In this document: piece after piece, positions 45,401-52,501 of the stretch
How positions within the stretch are numbered: the first letter of the stretch is position 1
How the letters are laid out: the number at the start of each line of letters is the position of its first letter
From: a virus
DNA: 64,000 bases
Direction: 5' to 3' (one strand)
IMG/VR virus record: IMGVR_UViG_3300025832_000001
Notes under the pieces: generated by a model
What the model was told of the DNA's origin: nothing
What the model saw: only the letters and a program-made list of their open reading frames with translations
Databases searched by the model: none
Program-made: the position numbers and the translations under genes

Positions 45401-46881
45401 ATAACTGGGTTAATAACTCTACTGGTGCTATAATGTTCTTTAACAGACGATCTGCTTTACTACAGTTAATGTCCTCTGTTAACTTTGTTAATTGGTCAGA
45501 CAATAATCCTTTAAAAGCTGGAATAGCTTTTGCTAACCAACCACAATATTGGGGTGATGTTGCTAAACTTTTTAATTCAGATAAATTAAAACAGAGAAGA
45601 TCAGGTTTACAAAGTGATATACAAGAAGCTGAGATAGCTCAAGCGGCTAAGAACAACGGTATGGAGGGTGTTATTTCTTATATATTAAAAATAGGGTTTA
45701 CACCTACACAGGTAGCAGATAGTATAGCTATAGCAACAGGTGGGGCTACGTTTTATAGAAATAGAATAAACACGTATAAAAAAGCTGGATATGAATTAGC
45801 TGAAGCAGAACAAAAAGCTTTTGATGATTTTAGTGCTATATCAGATGAAACACAGCAATCAGCAGATCCAATGCTTATATCAGGTCAACAGTCTAGTGTG
45901 TTAGGTAGATTAGTATTAGCTTTTCAAAATACACCTATGCAATATACTAGGCTTATGAAAAAAGCAGGTCAAGACTTGATAAACGGTAGAGGAGATAAAA
46001 GAACTAATATAAGTAAAATAGTTTATTATGGGTTTGTTCAAAACTTAATATTCTCTACTTTACAAAACGCTTTATTTGCTTTGATACCAGGATTTGAAGA
46101 TGAAGAAGAGGATTATGCTACGGATAAAGATAGAGATAAAGCTATAGAGAAAAAATCTAAAAAATTAGATACTAAATTAGCTAGAGCTGGAAACAGTATG
46201 ATTGATACAATTCTACGTGGATCTGGTTTAGCAGGAGCCGTTGTTTCCACAATAAAAAATGTATTAATGGAATACAAAAAACAACAAGGTGAATCAGAGT
46301 TTAATAGAGAAAATGCTCAAGTTTTAATTGCGGCTTTAAATATATCTCCACCAATTGGTAGTAAAATTAGAAAAATAAACAATTTTTTAACAACTCAAAA
46401 GTATGAAAAAGATGTATTAGCTGAAAGAGGTTTTGACGTAATGATTGATGGAAAATTTCAATTAAGCCCAGCGTATGACATGCTTGGTGAATTAAGTTCT
46501 GCGACTTTAAATCTACCTTTAGACAGATTGTTTGATGAAGTAAACGCATTAACTGAAGCTTTAGACACACGTAATACTAATTACCAACGTATAGCTTTAG
46601 GTTTAGGTTGGAGACAGTGGGATGTAAACGCTAGATCAGAAGAACACGACTTAATAAAACTAGAAGGTAAAGCTAAAAGAAAAGAAGCTGGTAAAGAAAA
46701 AGCTAAAATAACTAGGCAAAAAAAGAAAATAGAAAAAGCTGATTATTATAAATACAGGCAAGAAGCTTTTAAAACCATACCTATAAAAGTTGAAGATAGT
46801 TTAAGAAAAATAGAAAGAAGTACAGGCGTTATGACACCTAAGTTTAAACTAGAAAAATTAGTGGAAAAACACGGAATATGA
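39472..46881 (+). CDS. Giant multidomain virion protein (ejected core/polyvalent-type) with zincin HExxH and HAD-phosphatase motifs
   Basis: 2469 aa. HEFLH lies at 41335-41349 (aa 622-626). The HAD motifs are: I, RVFDFDDTLA (D-x-D-x-T at 44125-44139, aa 1552-1556); II, FILTARP; III, RPEAKADW; IV, YFADDALKNV (about 44521-44550). Long K/E-rich linkers. Occupies the position of the T7 gp15/gp16 analogues. Confidence 0.65.
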   Translation: MEEVYIIDGNEYTLAEIQDFASAAGLELEDYLSKNNISKKEIKNAEQDFQKGVVDNVDATVTPKAPEASETPSTMEQVLDVGSLGSSLANPILGISNLFRLAKKYDKGEEGDFSVTEELKDIPQRVWASTLSVGETLSNVPGWLNRLQFNIAKSFADEEFQEKFDEMSAQEQDDLVQNISSATAAATPGVGGFIPALGKPGREKAAELKASAEKWREDLEEYDKTIFQAFAQGQVIEGVTRTFAGAMETIPSIAQAMIPYVGIGSIVAGQAAQADAENIEKGEKLNTKNLIYSTIIGASEGLLEITTKKIGGKMFKDLAGKSKEYVKQTLKGVTLKLSKEAGSEGLSESATLTINKAADMLIMGDEKAFENYWLELADTFIIGAATGGGMSGTGTAGIIIRDAQANNSMRRSIEDSQYNSIFEAFDGTEITDDKIKLAENKFANRKLELELKQKVSSGDLTIEQANDIKINFRSTQGAVNIAKNLKIQGPLLKETVQLLEESSLLRAEIKKAGDNKALVDTQKKKLVEIENRLGQISAENQLAISTETITDLSKGVEGLTVFTVENAKEAETLSKDPKFDNVDKKAFGQQGFILQNKETGEQTIVINKEQSAKDLAVDVANHEFLHALLFKTLKNSKGTAINLGKELKTELFKIEGIENTEFAARLEQYKADPESVKMEEVLTLFSGAIQTGDIKFNQGFFTKVGDIIRRFLQNAGLKNIKFNEAKDVYNFIKDYNTSLEKGKLTKAQEKLFTERAQGDLVKREYKTKDDSTVKESKSFYDSLTPEELVQIKKSPSSQPSEISKADKALLNQFDLLALNALNYDTRKGDFKREDVLSAAREFLPGIVERFDPNTAKFSTFVDNNMRPKQQQIYEEVKGLSREADRLDSPEAKEIVAEETVVEEKPVVKETRINPLNFDKVNKAEVEAVVDIKTEEIPGLSFKEVSDRYAGKAASKIFNVPEAKITDPKKNLTYAKKIVNGIPEQSEAGNIQEFFRSGQNARNFIRILPPENVSSSSATIDEQGENIDVSRDVLGRALGLNNKLLNYFYNKTNRRSKGKSSQPTVWELKEEFKNPTSEIVDKFKTELGITPRGELNLYDRNIGQLLKGAAKLQGQNTANVIARDKVKQSTVKTAKPTKQILADVASSKSRVMAAKAKPKSPKQLSNDIKKSTKQIRAFDKVSVTKARDGGKKGRAYNRDAKLPETVRSFKGETIIQGFNRTLNNFSERFPGYNSYFKNALVFGETRSPYGKVDRFKQGVVNKGKQKDIRRTPITKDRKITNAYAKSIFETGYVAKEKAKLNVLKDFYLAAEAYLKDNPKDIWVFDEITSAATNSQNAPNRALAPALIVQVDSNMKPLQGVKGIEEHTEPQNNIGTMLTQAAKDGNVKQIWPIVEASYMQGWIDLDNNDLLDVDFKTSMPEAYYKGVELYLDGKLKLDQGLLSTIRLSEAGIDLSSMMYIPTKQTLAEYFFETNEVPVELQKTLMNDLFSGNKTLREIKDEALFNRDVTNRENETFKPDAKKVVVKNNKADKAMANARSSIKYSKNKKKARVFDFDDTLAQSNSKVIVNMPDGTSRKISATEFATEAQALLDQGAEFDFVQFNKVIDGKKGPLFEVAKTIQDKRGSEDLFILTARPQAAALNIKEFLEGLGLSIPLKNITGLADGRPEAKADWFVDKYAEGYNDFYFADDALKNVKAVKKIFDVLDVKSRVQQARIKFAKSLDSEFNKMIERNKGVKAQATFSDINARRKGRKQKKYAFFIPPSADDFRGLTMYTFAGKGKQGEADQAFFDKALIKPYMKGINAMEIAKQRIRKDYSALLQSHPIIKKQLKKKFQGTKYTLDEATRIYLWSKEGFEIPGLSKTDQKDIVKKFGKDVDLVAFSEGVKLITRLDQFVEPTAAWDGTTIIGDLSRVGRDINRAEFLKEFTDNVDEIFSDKNLNKIEALYGFRVRESLINIIDRMKTGSNRSSGQGRIVARWNNWVNNSTGAIMFFNRRSALLQLMSSVNFVNWSDNNPLKAGIAFANQPQYWGDVAKLFNSDKLKQRRSGLQSDIQEAEIAQAAKNNGMEGVISYILKIGFTPTQVADSIAIATGGATFYRNRINTYKKAGYELAEAEQKAFDDFSAISDETQQSADPMLISGQQSSVLGRLVLAFQNTPMQYTRLMKKAGQDLINGRGDKRTNISKIVYYGFVQNLIFSTLQNALFALIPGFEDEEEDYATDKDRDKAIEKKSKKLDTKLARAGNSMIDTILRGSGLAGAVVSTIKNVLMEYKKQQGESEFNRENAQVLIAALNISPPIGSKIRKINNFLTTQKYEKDVLAERGFDVMIDGKFQLSPAYDMLGELSSATLNLPLDRLFDEVNALTEALDTRNTNYQRIALGLGWRQWDVNARSEEHDLIKLEGKAKRKEAGKEKAKITRQKKKIEKADYYKYRQEAFKTIPIKVEDSLRKIERSTGVMTPKFKLEKLVEKHGI

Positions 46882-47336
46882 AAATAAGTAAACATATATC
46901 ATATAATGAAGCTGTATATTCTAACACAGCTAAGCGTAGACAGATAGATAACAAACCTAACACGGAACAAGTAGACGCGATGAAAACAATTGCTTTAAAT
47001 ATATTTGAACCATTAAGAAATTTTGTAGGTGGTCCAATAAAAATTTCAAGCATGTTTAGATCAGAGAAATTAAACAAAGCCATAGGAGGTTCGTCAACCT
47101 CACAACACGTGAAAGGTCAAGCAATGGATCTTGATGATACATACGGTTATAAGACTAACGCAGAGATGTATAATTGGATAAAAAACAATTTAAATTTTGA
47201 TCAACTGATATGGGAGTTTGGTACTGATTCAAACCCAGATTGGATACACGTATCTTATGTTAACGATAAGGATAACAGAAATAGATGTTTAAAAGCTTAC
47301 AAAGAAAACAACAAAACAAAATACAAAATTATTTAA
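46878..47336 (+). CDS. Peptidase M15 family endolysin (VanY / L-Ala-D-Glu peptidase type)
   Basis: 152 aa. SQHVKGQAMDL (H-x6-D) plus DWIHVS give the Zn-ligand pattern of the M15 family. ATGA overlap with the giant gene. Confidence 0.75.
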   Translation: MKISKHISYNEAVYSNTAKRRQIDNKPNTEQVDAMKTIALNIFEPLRNFVGGPIKISSMFRSEKLNKAIGGSSTSQHVKGQAMDLDDTYGYKTNAEMYNWIKNNLNFDQLIWEFGTDSNPDWIHVSYVNDKDNRNRCLKAYKENNKTKYKII

Positions 47337-47363
47337 AACACCAACACCTTATAAAAAATAAAT

Positions 47364-47648
47364 ATGGCTAACAAGATTTCAGAAAACACTGAGTTAACTT
47401 TAGATTTAAAGACATTAATAATTATAGTAAGCTTTGTCATAACAGTGGCGGGCATGTGGTTTGCTATACAAGCGGATATTCAGTTAGCTAAAGAGCTACC
47501 CGAACCACCTGTAACTAGAACCGAGTATGATTTAAAAGATCAATTGATTAGGGAAACTATAATGAACACACAATCTAAGGTAGAAGAAAATAGTGATAAA
47601 CTAGATAAAATAGATGAAAAATTATACGAAATAATAGAAAAAAAGTAA
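47364..47648 (+). CDS. Single-TM coiled-coil protein; holin or i-spanin candidate
   Basis: 94 aa. TM segment LIIIVSFVITVAGMWFAI followed by a charged helical tail. Lies immediately after the endolysin. Confidence 0.4.
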   Translation: MANKISENTELTLDLKTLIIIVSFVITVAGMWFAIQADIQLAKELPEPPVTRTEYDLKDQLIRETIMNTQSKVEENSDKLDKIDEKLYEIIEKK

Positions 47649-47651
47649 ATC

Positions 47652-47990
47652 ATGAAAAATATCCTAACTTTAATAACAATACTTATAACAACTGTATGTT
47701 TCTCTCAAGAGTACACGTTGTTAGAAATAAACTCAGAGTGGAATTGGAGAAATTCAGCCAAAATAGATAAAGTTAAGGGTGTAAAACACCAGGTGGCGTA
47801 CTTAGAAAAACAGTCTGATGATTTTAAAAAGAAAGTAAAATCTGTTCCTTTAGTTATATTATATAGAGACAATAGTGCTATAATGCAGTGGACCGCTGAT
47901 ATAAGTTTTAAACTTATAATAACAGAAGAACAGATTAAAGCTGCAATAGAAAGATCTAATAAAATAGTAAGAAAAAAAACAAAAAATTAA
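47652..47990 (+). CDS. Secreted/lipoprotein-like protein; o-spanin candidate
   Basis: 112 aa. N-terminus MKNILTLITILITTVC-FSQE is a signal peptide ending in Cys. Lies in the lysis neighbourhood. Confidence 0.3.
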   Translation: MKNILTLITILITTVCFSQEYTLLEINSEWNWRNSAKIDKVKGVKHQVAYLEKQSDDFKKKVKSVPLVILYRDNSAIMQWTADISFKLIITEEQIKAAIERSNKIVRKKTKN

Positions 47991-48001
47991 AAATTTAAGT
48001 A

Positions 48002-48190
48002 ATGTTAAAAAAAGGTGGATTTAAAAAAATAATATCAGAAACACAAGGTAAAAAACAAGAAGAAGAAGGATTGTCTAGAAAAAAATCAAAAAAGAAAAAT
48101 CCTTGTTGGAAAGGTTACGAGGCAATAGGCATGAAAAAGAAAGGTGGAAAAACTGTACCTAACTGTGTTCCAAAGAAAAAGAAAAAATAA
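48002..48190 (+). CDS. Lys-rich small protein with a C-W-K-G-Y ... P-N-C motif
   Basis: 62 aa. Contains NPCWKGYEAIGMKKKGGKTVPNCVPKKKKK. Confidence 0.45.
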   Translation: MLKKGGFKKIISETQGKKQEEEGLSRKKSKKKNPCWKGYEAIGMKKKGGKTVPNCVPKKKKK

Positions 48191-48465
48191 TGTATACACA
48201 AAAAAACTCTCCATTTTCTAGGGTTAGAAAAACAACTAAAGGTAAGGGTCGTAACTTTCGTACTACAAAGGAAGGTGCGGGTATGACATCTGCTGGTGTT
48301 AAGAAATATAGAAAAGAAAACCCTGGAAGTAAATTAAAAACAGCTGTAACAGGTAAAGTTAAACCAGGCAGTAAAGCCGCTAAAAGAAGAAAATCATTTT
48401 GTGCTAGATCTAAAGGTTGGACCGGTGAAAGAGGTAAGGCCGCTAGACGTAGATGGAAATGTTAA
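48190..48465 (+). CDS. Arg/Lys-rich small protein with a RRKSFCAR motif
   Basis: 91 aa. Contains GMTSAGVKKYRKENPGSKLKTAV...GSKAAKRRKSFCARSKGW. Its ATG overlaps the previous stop. Confidence 0.45.
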   Translation: MYTQKNSPFSRVRKTTKGKGRNFRTTKEGAGMTSAGVKKYRKENPGSKLKTAVTGKVKPGSKAAKRRKSFCARSKGWTGERGKAARRRWKC

Positions 48466-48469
48466 AATT

Positions 48470-48586
48470 ATGAAGAAAATAATAGACAAACTACAGTCAT
48501 CGTGGAATAAGTTATTATATAAACTTATGTTTAAGAACTATATGGAAAAGTCTAAGGCTTCCAAGAAAAGAAAGGGACGAAAATAA
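48470..48586 (+). CDS. Short basic ORF (38 aa from the internal Met; the track ORF starts at 48401)
   Basis: The ATG at 48470 lies just after the previous stop (48463-65). The 48401 start would overlap that gene by 65 nt. Confidence 0.25.
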   Translation: MKKIIDKLQSSWNKLLYKLMFKNYMEKSKASKKRKGRK

Positions 48587-48627
48587 AACTGGGCGTACCA
48601 TACCCAAAAGTTCCTGTAACCAAGAAA

Positions 48628-48654
48628 GGGCCCTCATTACGAGAGCCCTTTTTT
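48628..48654. terminator. Bidirectional intrinsic terminator between the convergent arms
   Basis: GGGCCCTC (48628-35) pairs with GAGAGCCC (48641-48), giving 8 bp with one mismatch. Loop is ATTAC. Followed by TTTTTT and preceded by AGAAA. Confidence 0.65.
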
Positions 48655-48727
48655 GATATGTATAGATTATTGAATTTTTTATACCTATTAGTTATTGTAT
48701 GTATAAAAAAGTCATAACTTTTAGCCT

Positions 48728-50425
48728 TTAGCCATCACACGCTAAACAATCTTCACTCATTGCTTGTTGTGCTATATCTCCACGAAGCACTGATTCAGTT
48801 CTAGTATAGTACAAGGTTTTAACACCTTTTTTCCATGCATCAAAATGAACCTTATTAATCCACTTAGGTGTTGCTGAACTAGGAAAAGCTAGATTTAAAC
48901 TAACTGATTGATCTATATACTGCTGTCTCAATCCTGCCTGTCTTATTAATTCTAATTGATTTATTTCTTTAAAAGTTTTAAACACTTCTTTCGTAGAGTC
49001 TTCTAAACCTTCTATGTCCTGAACAGAACCACCGTCTGCTAAAATTTTGTCCCATGTTTCTTTATTATTTATTTTAAGCTTTTTTAATTTTTTTTCTAAT
49101 GTCGGGTTTTTCCTAATGAAAGTCCCCTTCGCACTCTGCTCTGTAAAAACATTCGCAGCCCACGGCTCAATACCAGGCGAAACATTTCCACTAAGCTTAC
49201 TGTTGCTAACAGTAGGAGCAATAGCACGTAAATGAGTATTGCGCATACCAGTTCCAGCACACCACAAAGGTTCTCCATAAATTTCCGCCAAATCTCTAGA
49301 AGCCCTTTCGCTTTCAATTTTAATCTGACTAAAAATCTTCCTAGTTTCAAACTGAGATAATAACCCTTCGAAAGGTAATCCTTTCTCTTGTAAATAAGTA
49401 TGCCATCCCAATACTCCCAAGCCCAACGCTCTTCCTTTTTGAGCTGAGCGTACTGAATTCTCGAAGCCTCGTAATCCTTTAGCTCTTTGTATAAACTCTT
49501 CCATGACTCCATCAAGGAAATATATACTGTCGTAAATAAGGTTTGTATTTTTCCATTCATCATATTTAGCTAAATTTAAAGATGATAAACAACATACAAA
49601 ACTATGGTTTTCATCTGTGTGTAATGTTATTTCTGAACATATGTTAGTCATATGTACCTTTAATCCATTTTCTTTATATGCTGCTGGATTTGCTTTGTTA
49701 ACATTTCCCTTAAACATAATATACGGCTCTCCAGTTGCTTTTCGCTTTCTAAGTAATTTACCCCATCTAGCTCTAGCTTCTTTATCTCCTTGTTCAAGCT
49801 TACGCATAAATTTATCACCAACAATTGCGCACTGATGTAAGTTAAGCGACTGTCTGTTAACATCTCCTTTAGGTTCCCTGATTTCAAGCCACTCCTCGAA
49901 GTCATCATGTTCAATGTTGATATTAACTGAGGCAGCTCCACGACGGACACTCCCTTGATTAGTCGCAAGAATTGTTGAGTCATATATCTTGCAGAAAGGT
50001 ACGACTCCATCTGATGTTCCATTACCTGTTATTTTAGTGCCGGCGGGTCTAATCATATTAACTCCGATACCAACTCCACCGCCATGCTTAGCGAGTAGCA
50101 TCATCTCTAAATTCTTTTGTCCTATATCCTGTATACTGTCAGCTACATCAATACCAAAACAACTAATAGGTAAGCCACGATCAGTCCCGGTATTAGACAA
50201 TACAGGGCTAGCAAGGCAAAGCCAGCCATTCCAAATATAATCAAAAAACGTTTCGGCCATTTCTGGTTTATATAACCTACGAGCAACTGTTTTAGCGACT
50301 CGTATGTATGCTTCTCTAGGTGTTTCTCCGTCAAATAAATATCCCCCGGATATAGTCTTCTTGTATACGTCCGTATTACCCCACGCAGGGTAATCTTCTC
50401 CTTTTTTCCATTCATTGTTCCACAT
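48728..50425 (-). CDS. nrdA: Ribonucleotide reductase class I large subunit, short form lacking an ATP-cone
   Basis: 565 aa. Has PISCFG, NICSEITL (N-x-C-x-E), CCLSSLNL, TLYYTR (Tyr-Tyr pair) and a C-terminal CLACDG cysteine pair. Confidence 0.9.
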   Translation of the reverse strand: MWNNEWKKGEDYPAWGNTDVYKKTISGGYLFDGETPREAYIRVAKTVARRLYKPEMAETFFDYIWNGWLCLASPVLSNTGTDRGLPISCFGIDVADSIQDIGQKNLEMMLLAKHGGGVGIGVNMIRPAGTKITGNGTSDGVVPFCKIYDSTILATNQGSVRRGAASVNINIEHDDFEEWLEIREPKGDVNRQSLNLHQCAIVGDKFMRKLEQGDKEARARWGKLLRKRKATGEPYIMFKGNVNKANPAAYKENGLKVHMTNICSEITLHTDENHSFVCCLSSLNLAKYDEWKNTNLIYDSIYFLDGVMEEFIQRAKGLRGFENSVRSAQKGRALGLGVLGWHTYLQEKGLPFEGLLSQFETRKIFSQIKIESERASRDLAEIYGEPLWCAGTGMRNTHLRAIAPTVSNSKLSGNVSPGIEPWAANVFTEQSAKGTFIRKNPTLEKKLKKLKINNKETWDKILADGGSVQDIEGLEDSTKEVFKTFKEINQLELIRQAGLRQQYIDQSVSLNLAFPSSATPKWINKVHFDAWKKGVKTLYYTRTESVLRGDIAQQAMSEDCLACDG

Positions 50426-50426
50426 A

Positions 50427-50591
50427 TTATCCTATAAAATGTTTTGTCCAGGCTATTAGCCCATTAAAATTTAAAGCAACTAAATTCCATTGCTTTCTTG
50501 ATGCTGTCTGAATCATTACACATATAAAACCTAGTATATAAAGTTTAGGTTCTAATGTCCATTGTGCTGCTATTAAAAAACCAGCACCCAT
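50427..50591 (-). CDS. Small two-TM membrane protein (54 aa from Met35; the track start at 50693 is less likely)
   Basis: MGAGFLIAAQWTLEPKLYILGFICVMIQTASRKQWNLVALNFNGLIAWTKHFIG. The 50591 start avoids a 92-nt overlap with the upstream gene. Its stop lies 1 nt before the nrdA ATG. Confidence 0.4.
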   Translation of the reverse strand: MGAGFLIAAQWTLEPKLYILGFICVMIQTASRKQWNLVALNFNGLIAWTKHFIG

Positions 50592-50601
50592 ATACCCTGC
50601 T

Positions 50602-50832
50602 CTAGTCGCTAGTCGCTTCCAAGGGCTCAGCCTTTTCTGTCTTACTAGACTTCTCAATAACGTCGGCTTTAAGTTTTTTAATCGCTTCATCATAATCTGG
50701 CATATTTTTAATTGTTTCTAAAGTTCCTATAGCTAGATCTTTTATTTGAGCTAGCTCATTAATCATATGTTGAGACACTCTTGTAAGTGCCTCAACTTTG
50801 TTTTTCATTTCTATTAATTTATTTTCTTTCAT
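50602..50832 (-). CDS. Hypothetical coiled-coil protein
   Basis: 76 aa. ATGA-type overlap with the upstream gene. Confidence 0.4.
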   Translation of the reverse strand: MKENKLIEMKNKVEALTRVSQHMINELAQIKDLAIGTLETIKNMPDYDEAIKKLKADVIEKSSKTEKAEPLEATSD

Positions 50833-51386
50833 ATATATTTATAAAACATTACAATAACTATTCTTTGGTTTTTATATTCATTAGGATATTTACTATGAAA
50901 ATATTCACAAGGATAAGACAATAGTCTGTTATCCTTATAACCAATAACACTGCTTAGTTTCCATTTAGTTTTGTCATTTGAATCTTCTTTAAGTATTCTG
51001 TTAAACTCATCACTACTAGATTTAATATACGTGTGACCATAATTTTCATGTTCCCAAAAAGCTGTACCATGTAACTTATCTTCATTTGCTTTAACATATA
51101 AAACTATAGCTCTATCGGGCTGATCACCATTTATAATAGTATCATTATGTATACGCCAATCATTATCTTGACCTAACCTAGCTTCTCTAGCAAAAGATAA
51201 TATATTTTTTATTTTTCTACCTTCTATCTTTTCTAGTTTATCTACTATAAAATTATTAAATTCACTAGGTAGATCTTTAGTCCAAAAAGATTTATCTGGA
51301 TATTTTATCTCTTCAAATTCATCAACATAGTTTAGCAAAGCTTTATATAGATTTTTTGGTAAAAAATTATCTTGTATATAAATCAT
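50829..51386 (-). CDS. 2OG-Fe(II) oxygenase superfamily protein
   Basis: 185 aa. WRIHNDT supplies H-x-D. The distal FHSKYPNEYKNQRIVIVMF supplies H...P.......R.V.V.F, the usual second His and 2OG-binding Arg spacing. Confidence 0.5.
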   Translation of the reverse strand: MIYIQDNFLPKNLYKALLNYVDEFEEIKYPDKSFWTKDLPSEFNNFIVDKLEKIEGRKIKNILSFAREARLGQDNDWRIHNDTIINGDQPDRAIVLYVKANEDKLHGTAFWEHENYGHTYIKSSSDEFNRILKEDSNDKTKWKLSSVIGYKDNRLLSYPCEYFHSKYPNEYKNQRIVIVMFYKYI

Positions 51387-52355
51387 CTACCAAATATCTT
51401 CATAATCCTCATTTTCCCCAGCCTTTGAATAATCTGTCGGCCTAATAGCGAAGAAATCAGTATGAGTGACGCCCCCGGTAAGATGATAAAACCAATCCAA
51501 ATTAGACGCTGCTTTGTTGTCATACGCAAAATAGCTACCCAGGTCGACATAACCAAGTTCAACGAGTTTTTCATTTGTTCTCTTTTTTATAAAGTGTTTA
51601 AGATCATTAGATGATATACCTTCTATGTCACCCATTTCAAACATTTTATCTATATACTTTTCTTCTAGACCAACCATAGTTTCTGCAGCCTTTATAACAT
51701 CTTCTCTACATAAACTTAGTAATTGATTATCTTCTTCACACATGTGTTTAAACAATTGACAACCCATTTTACTGTGTAAACTTTCATCACGTACAGACCA
51801 TTTCATTTGTTGACCAATGCCTTTAAGTAAGTTACGCAGCTGAAATGAATACAGTACAGCAAAAGCAGAGTATAAACTAACTCCTTCAGCAAACGCACTA
51901 AACACAGCTAAAGACTTACCAATCTCAATTGTATTATCTCCAACATATGCTACTAAATTGTCAAATCTTTCTGCTGTAGCAGGTTCATGTAAAAACGCCT
52001 CGTAATCTTCTAGCTTTAATGTTTCATTTAAATAACTATAAGCTACAGCATGAACCGTCTCTTGTGATCCAAACATCATTGCCATTTGCTGGATCTCGTG
52101 TTTCGGAAACCATCCAACAACTTTCTGAGTCCAATAATCGGACACGGCGCATTCTGTTTGAGCGAACCCAAGTAGAATGTTTCCGACGAGGTTTTTTTCT
52201 TTTTCATTAAGTTTTTCATTCCAATCTTTTATATCACTTTGCATCGATATCTCGGTATGTAACCAAAATGCCTGTGCTTGCTTTAACCAACCCTCAGTAT
52301 AATACTCAGGATATTCAAACGGTTTGTACGCTACGCGCTCATCAAATAATCCCAT
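51387..52355 (-). CDS. nrdB: Ribonucleotide reductase class I small subunit
   Basis: 322 aa. SQETVHAVAYSY gives E-x-x-H-x-x-x-Y (radical Tyr). Also has FAEGVSLY, VRDESLHSKM (E-x-x-H) and an acidic C-terminus ENEDYEDIW. Confidence 0.9.
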   Translation of the reverse strand: MGLFDERVAYKPFEYPEYYTEGWLKQAQAFWLHTEISMQSDIKDWNEKLNEKEKNLVGNILLGFAQTECAVSDYWTQKVVGWFPKHEIQQMAMMFGSQETVHAVAYSYLNETLKLEDYEAFLHEPATAERFDNLVAYVGDNTIEIGKSLAVFSAFAEGVSLYSAFAVLYSFQLRNLLKGIGQQMKWSVRDESLHSKMGCQLFKHMCEEDNQLLSLCREDVIKAAETMVGLEEKYIDKMFEMGDIEGISSNDLKHFIKKRTNEKLVELGYVDLGSYFAYDNKAASNLDWFYHLTGGVTHTDFFAIRPTDYSKAGENEDYEDIW

Positions 52356-52501
52356 TATCTATATATTTCTAAAGCTATATCAACAAGTGGTAAATATAAT
52401 ACGTATGTTGTTTGTTCTAGTTCTTCATAAGTTCTAATACCTATTAGTATTCCAGGGTAAAACCCTAGTGATAAGCTCCAATCTTTAATCTCATTTGCCA
52501 T
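52355..52501 (-). CDS. Unlisted small ORF (48 aa)
   Basis: Hand translation: MANEIKDWSLSLGFYPGILIGIRTYEELEQTTYVLYLPLVDIALEIYR. Its TAA overlaps the nrdB ATG (TAATG). Confidence 0.3.
   Translation of the reverse strand: MANEIKDWSLSLGFYPGILIGIRTYEELEQTTYVLYLPLVDIALEIYR

Noticed and set aside
39618-46570. Seven antisense ORFs within the 2469-aa gene, and antisense ORFs in the portal, scaffold, capsid and other late genes (22038-22496, 22968-23162, 24884-25075, 26116-26539, 33975-34235, 36709-36900, 37749-37943, 38342-38578, 46844-47083)
   Set aside because: They are nested opposite long continuous genes, have hydrophobic low-complexity translations and run against the arm's transcription direction.
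39472-46881. An N4-type virion RNA polymerase as the identity of the giant protein
   Set aside because: I could find no polymerase-like catalytic motifs. The recognisable motifs are HExxH and HAD. The gene sits in the internal-core position next to the endolysin.
49047-50415. Six alternative-frame or antisense ORFs inside nrdA (49047-49235, 49096-49563, 49617-49835, 49660-50022, 49989-50240, 50143-50415)
   Set aside because: The nrdA frame carries all the diagnostic RNR motifs. The others are shadow ORFs in a relatively GC-richer conserved gene.
51383-51574. 63-aa - strand ORF overlapping the 3' part of nrdB in another frame
   Set aside because: It lies inside nrdB, whose frame carries the diiron and tyrosyl motifs. 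The adjacent 2OG-oxygenase gene already accounts for the junction.
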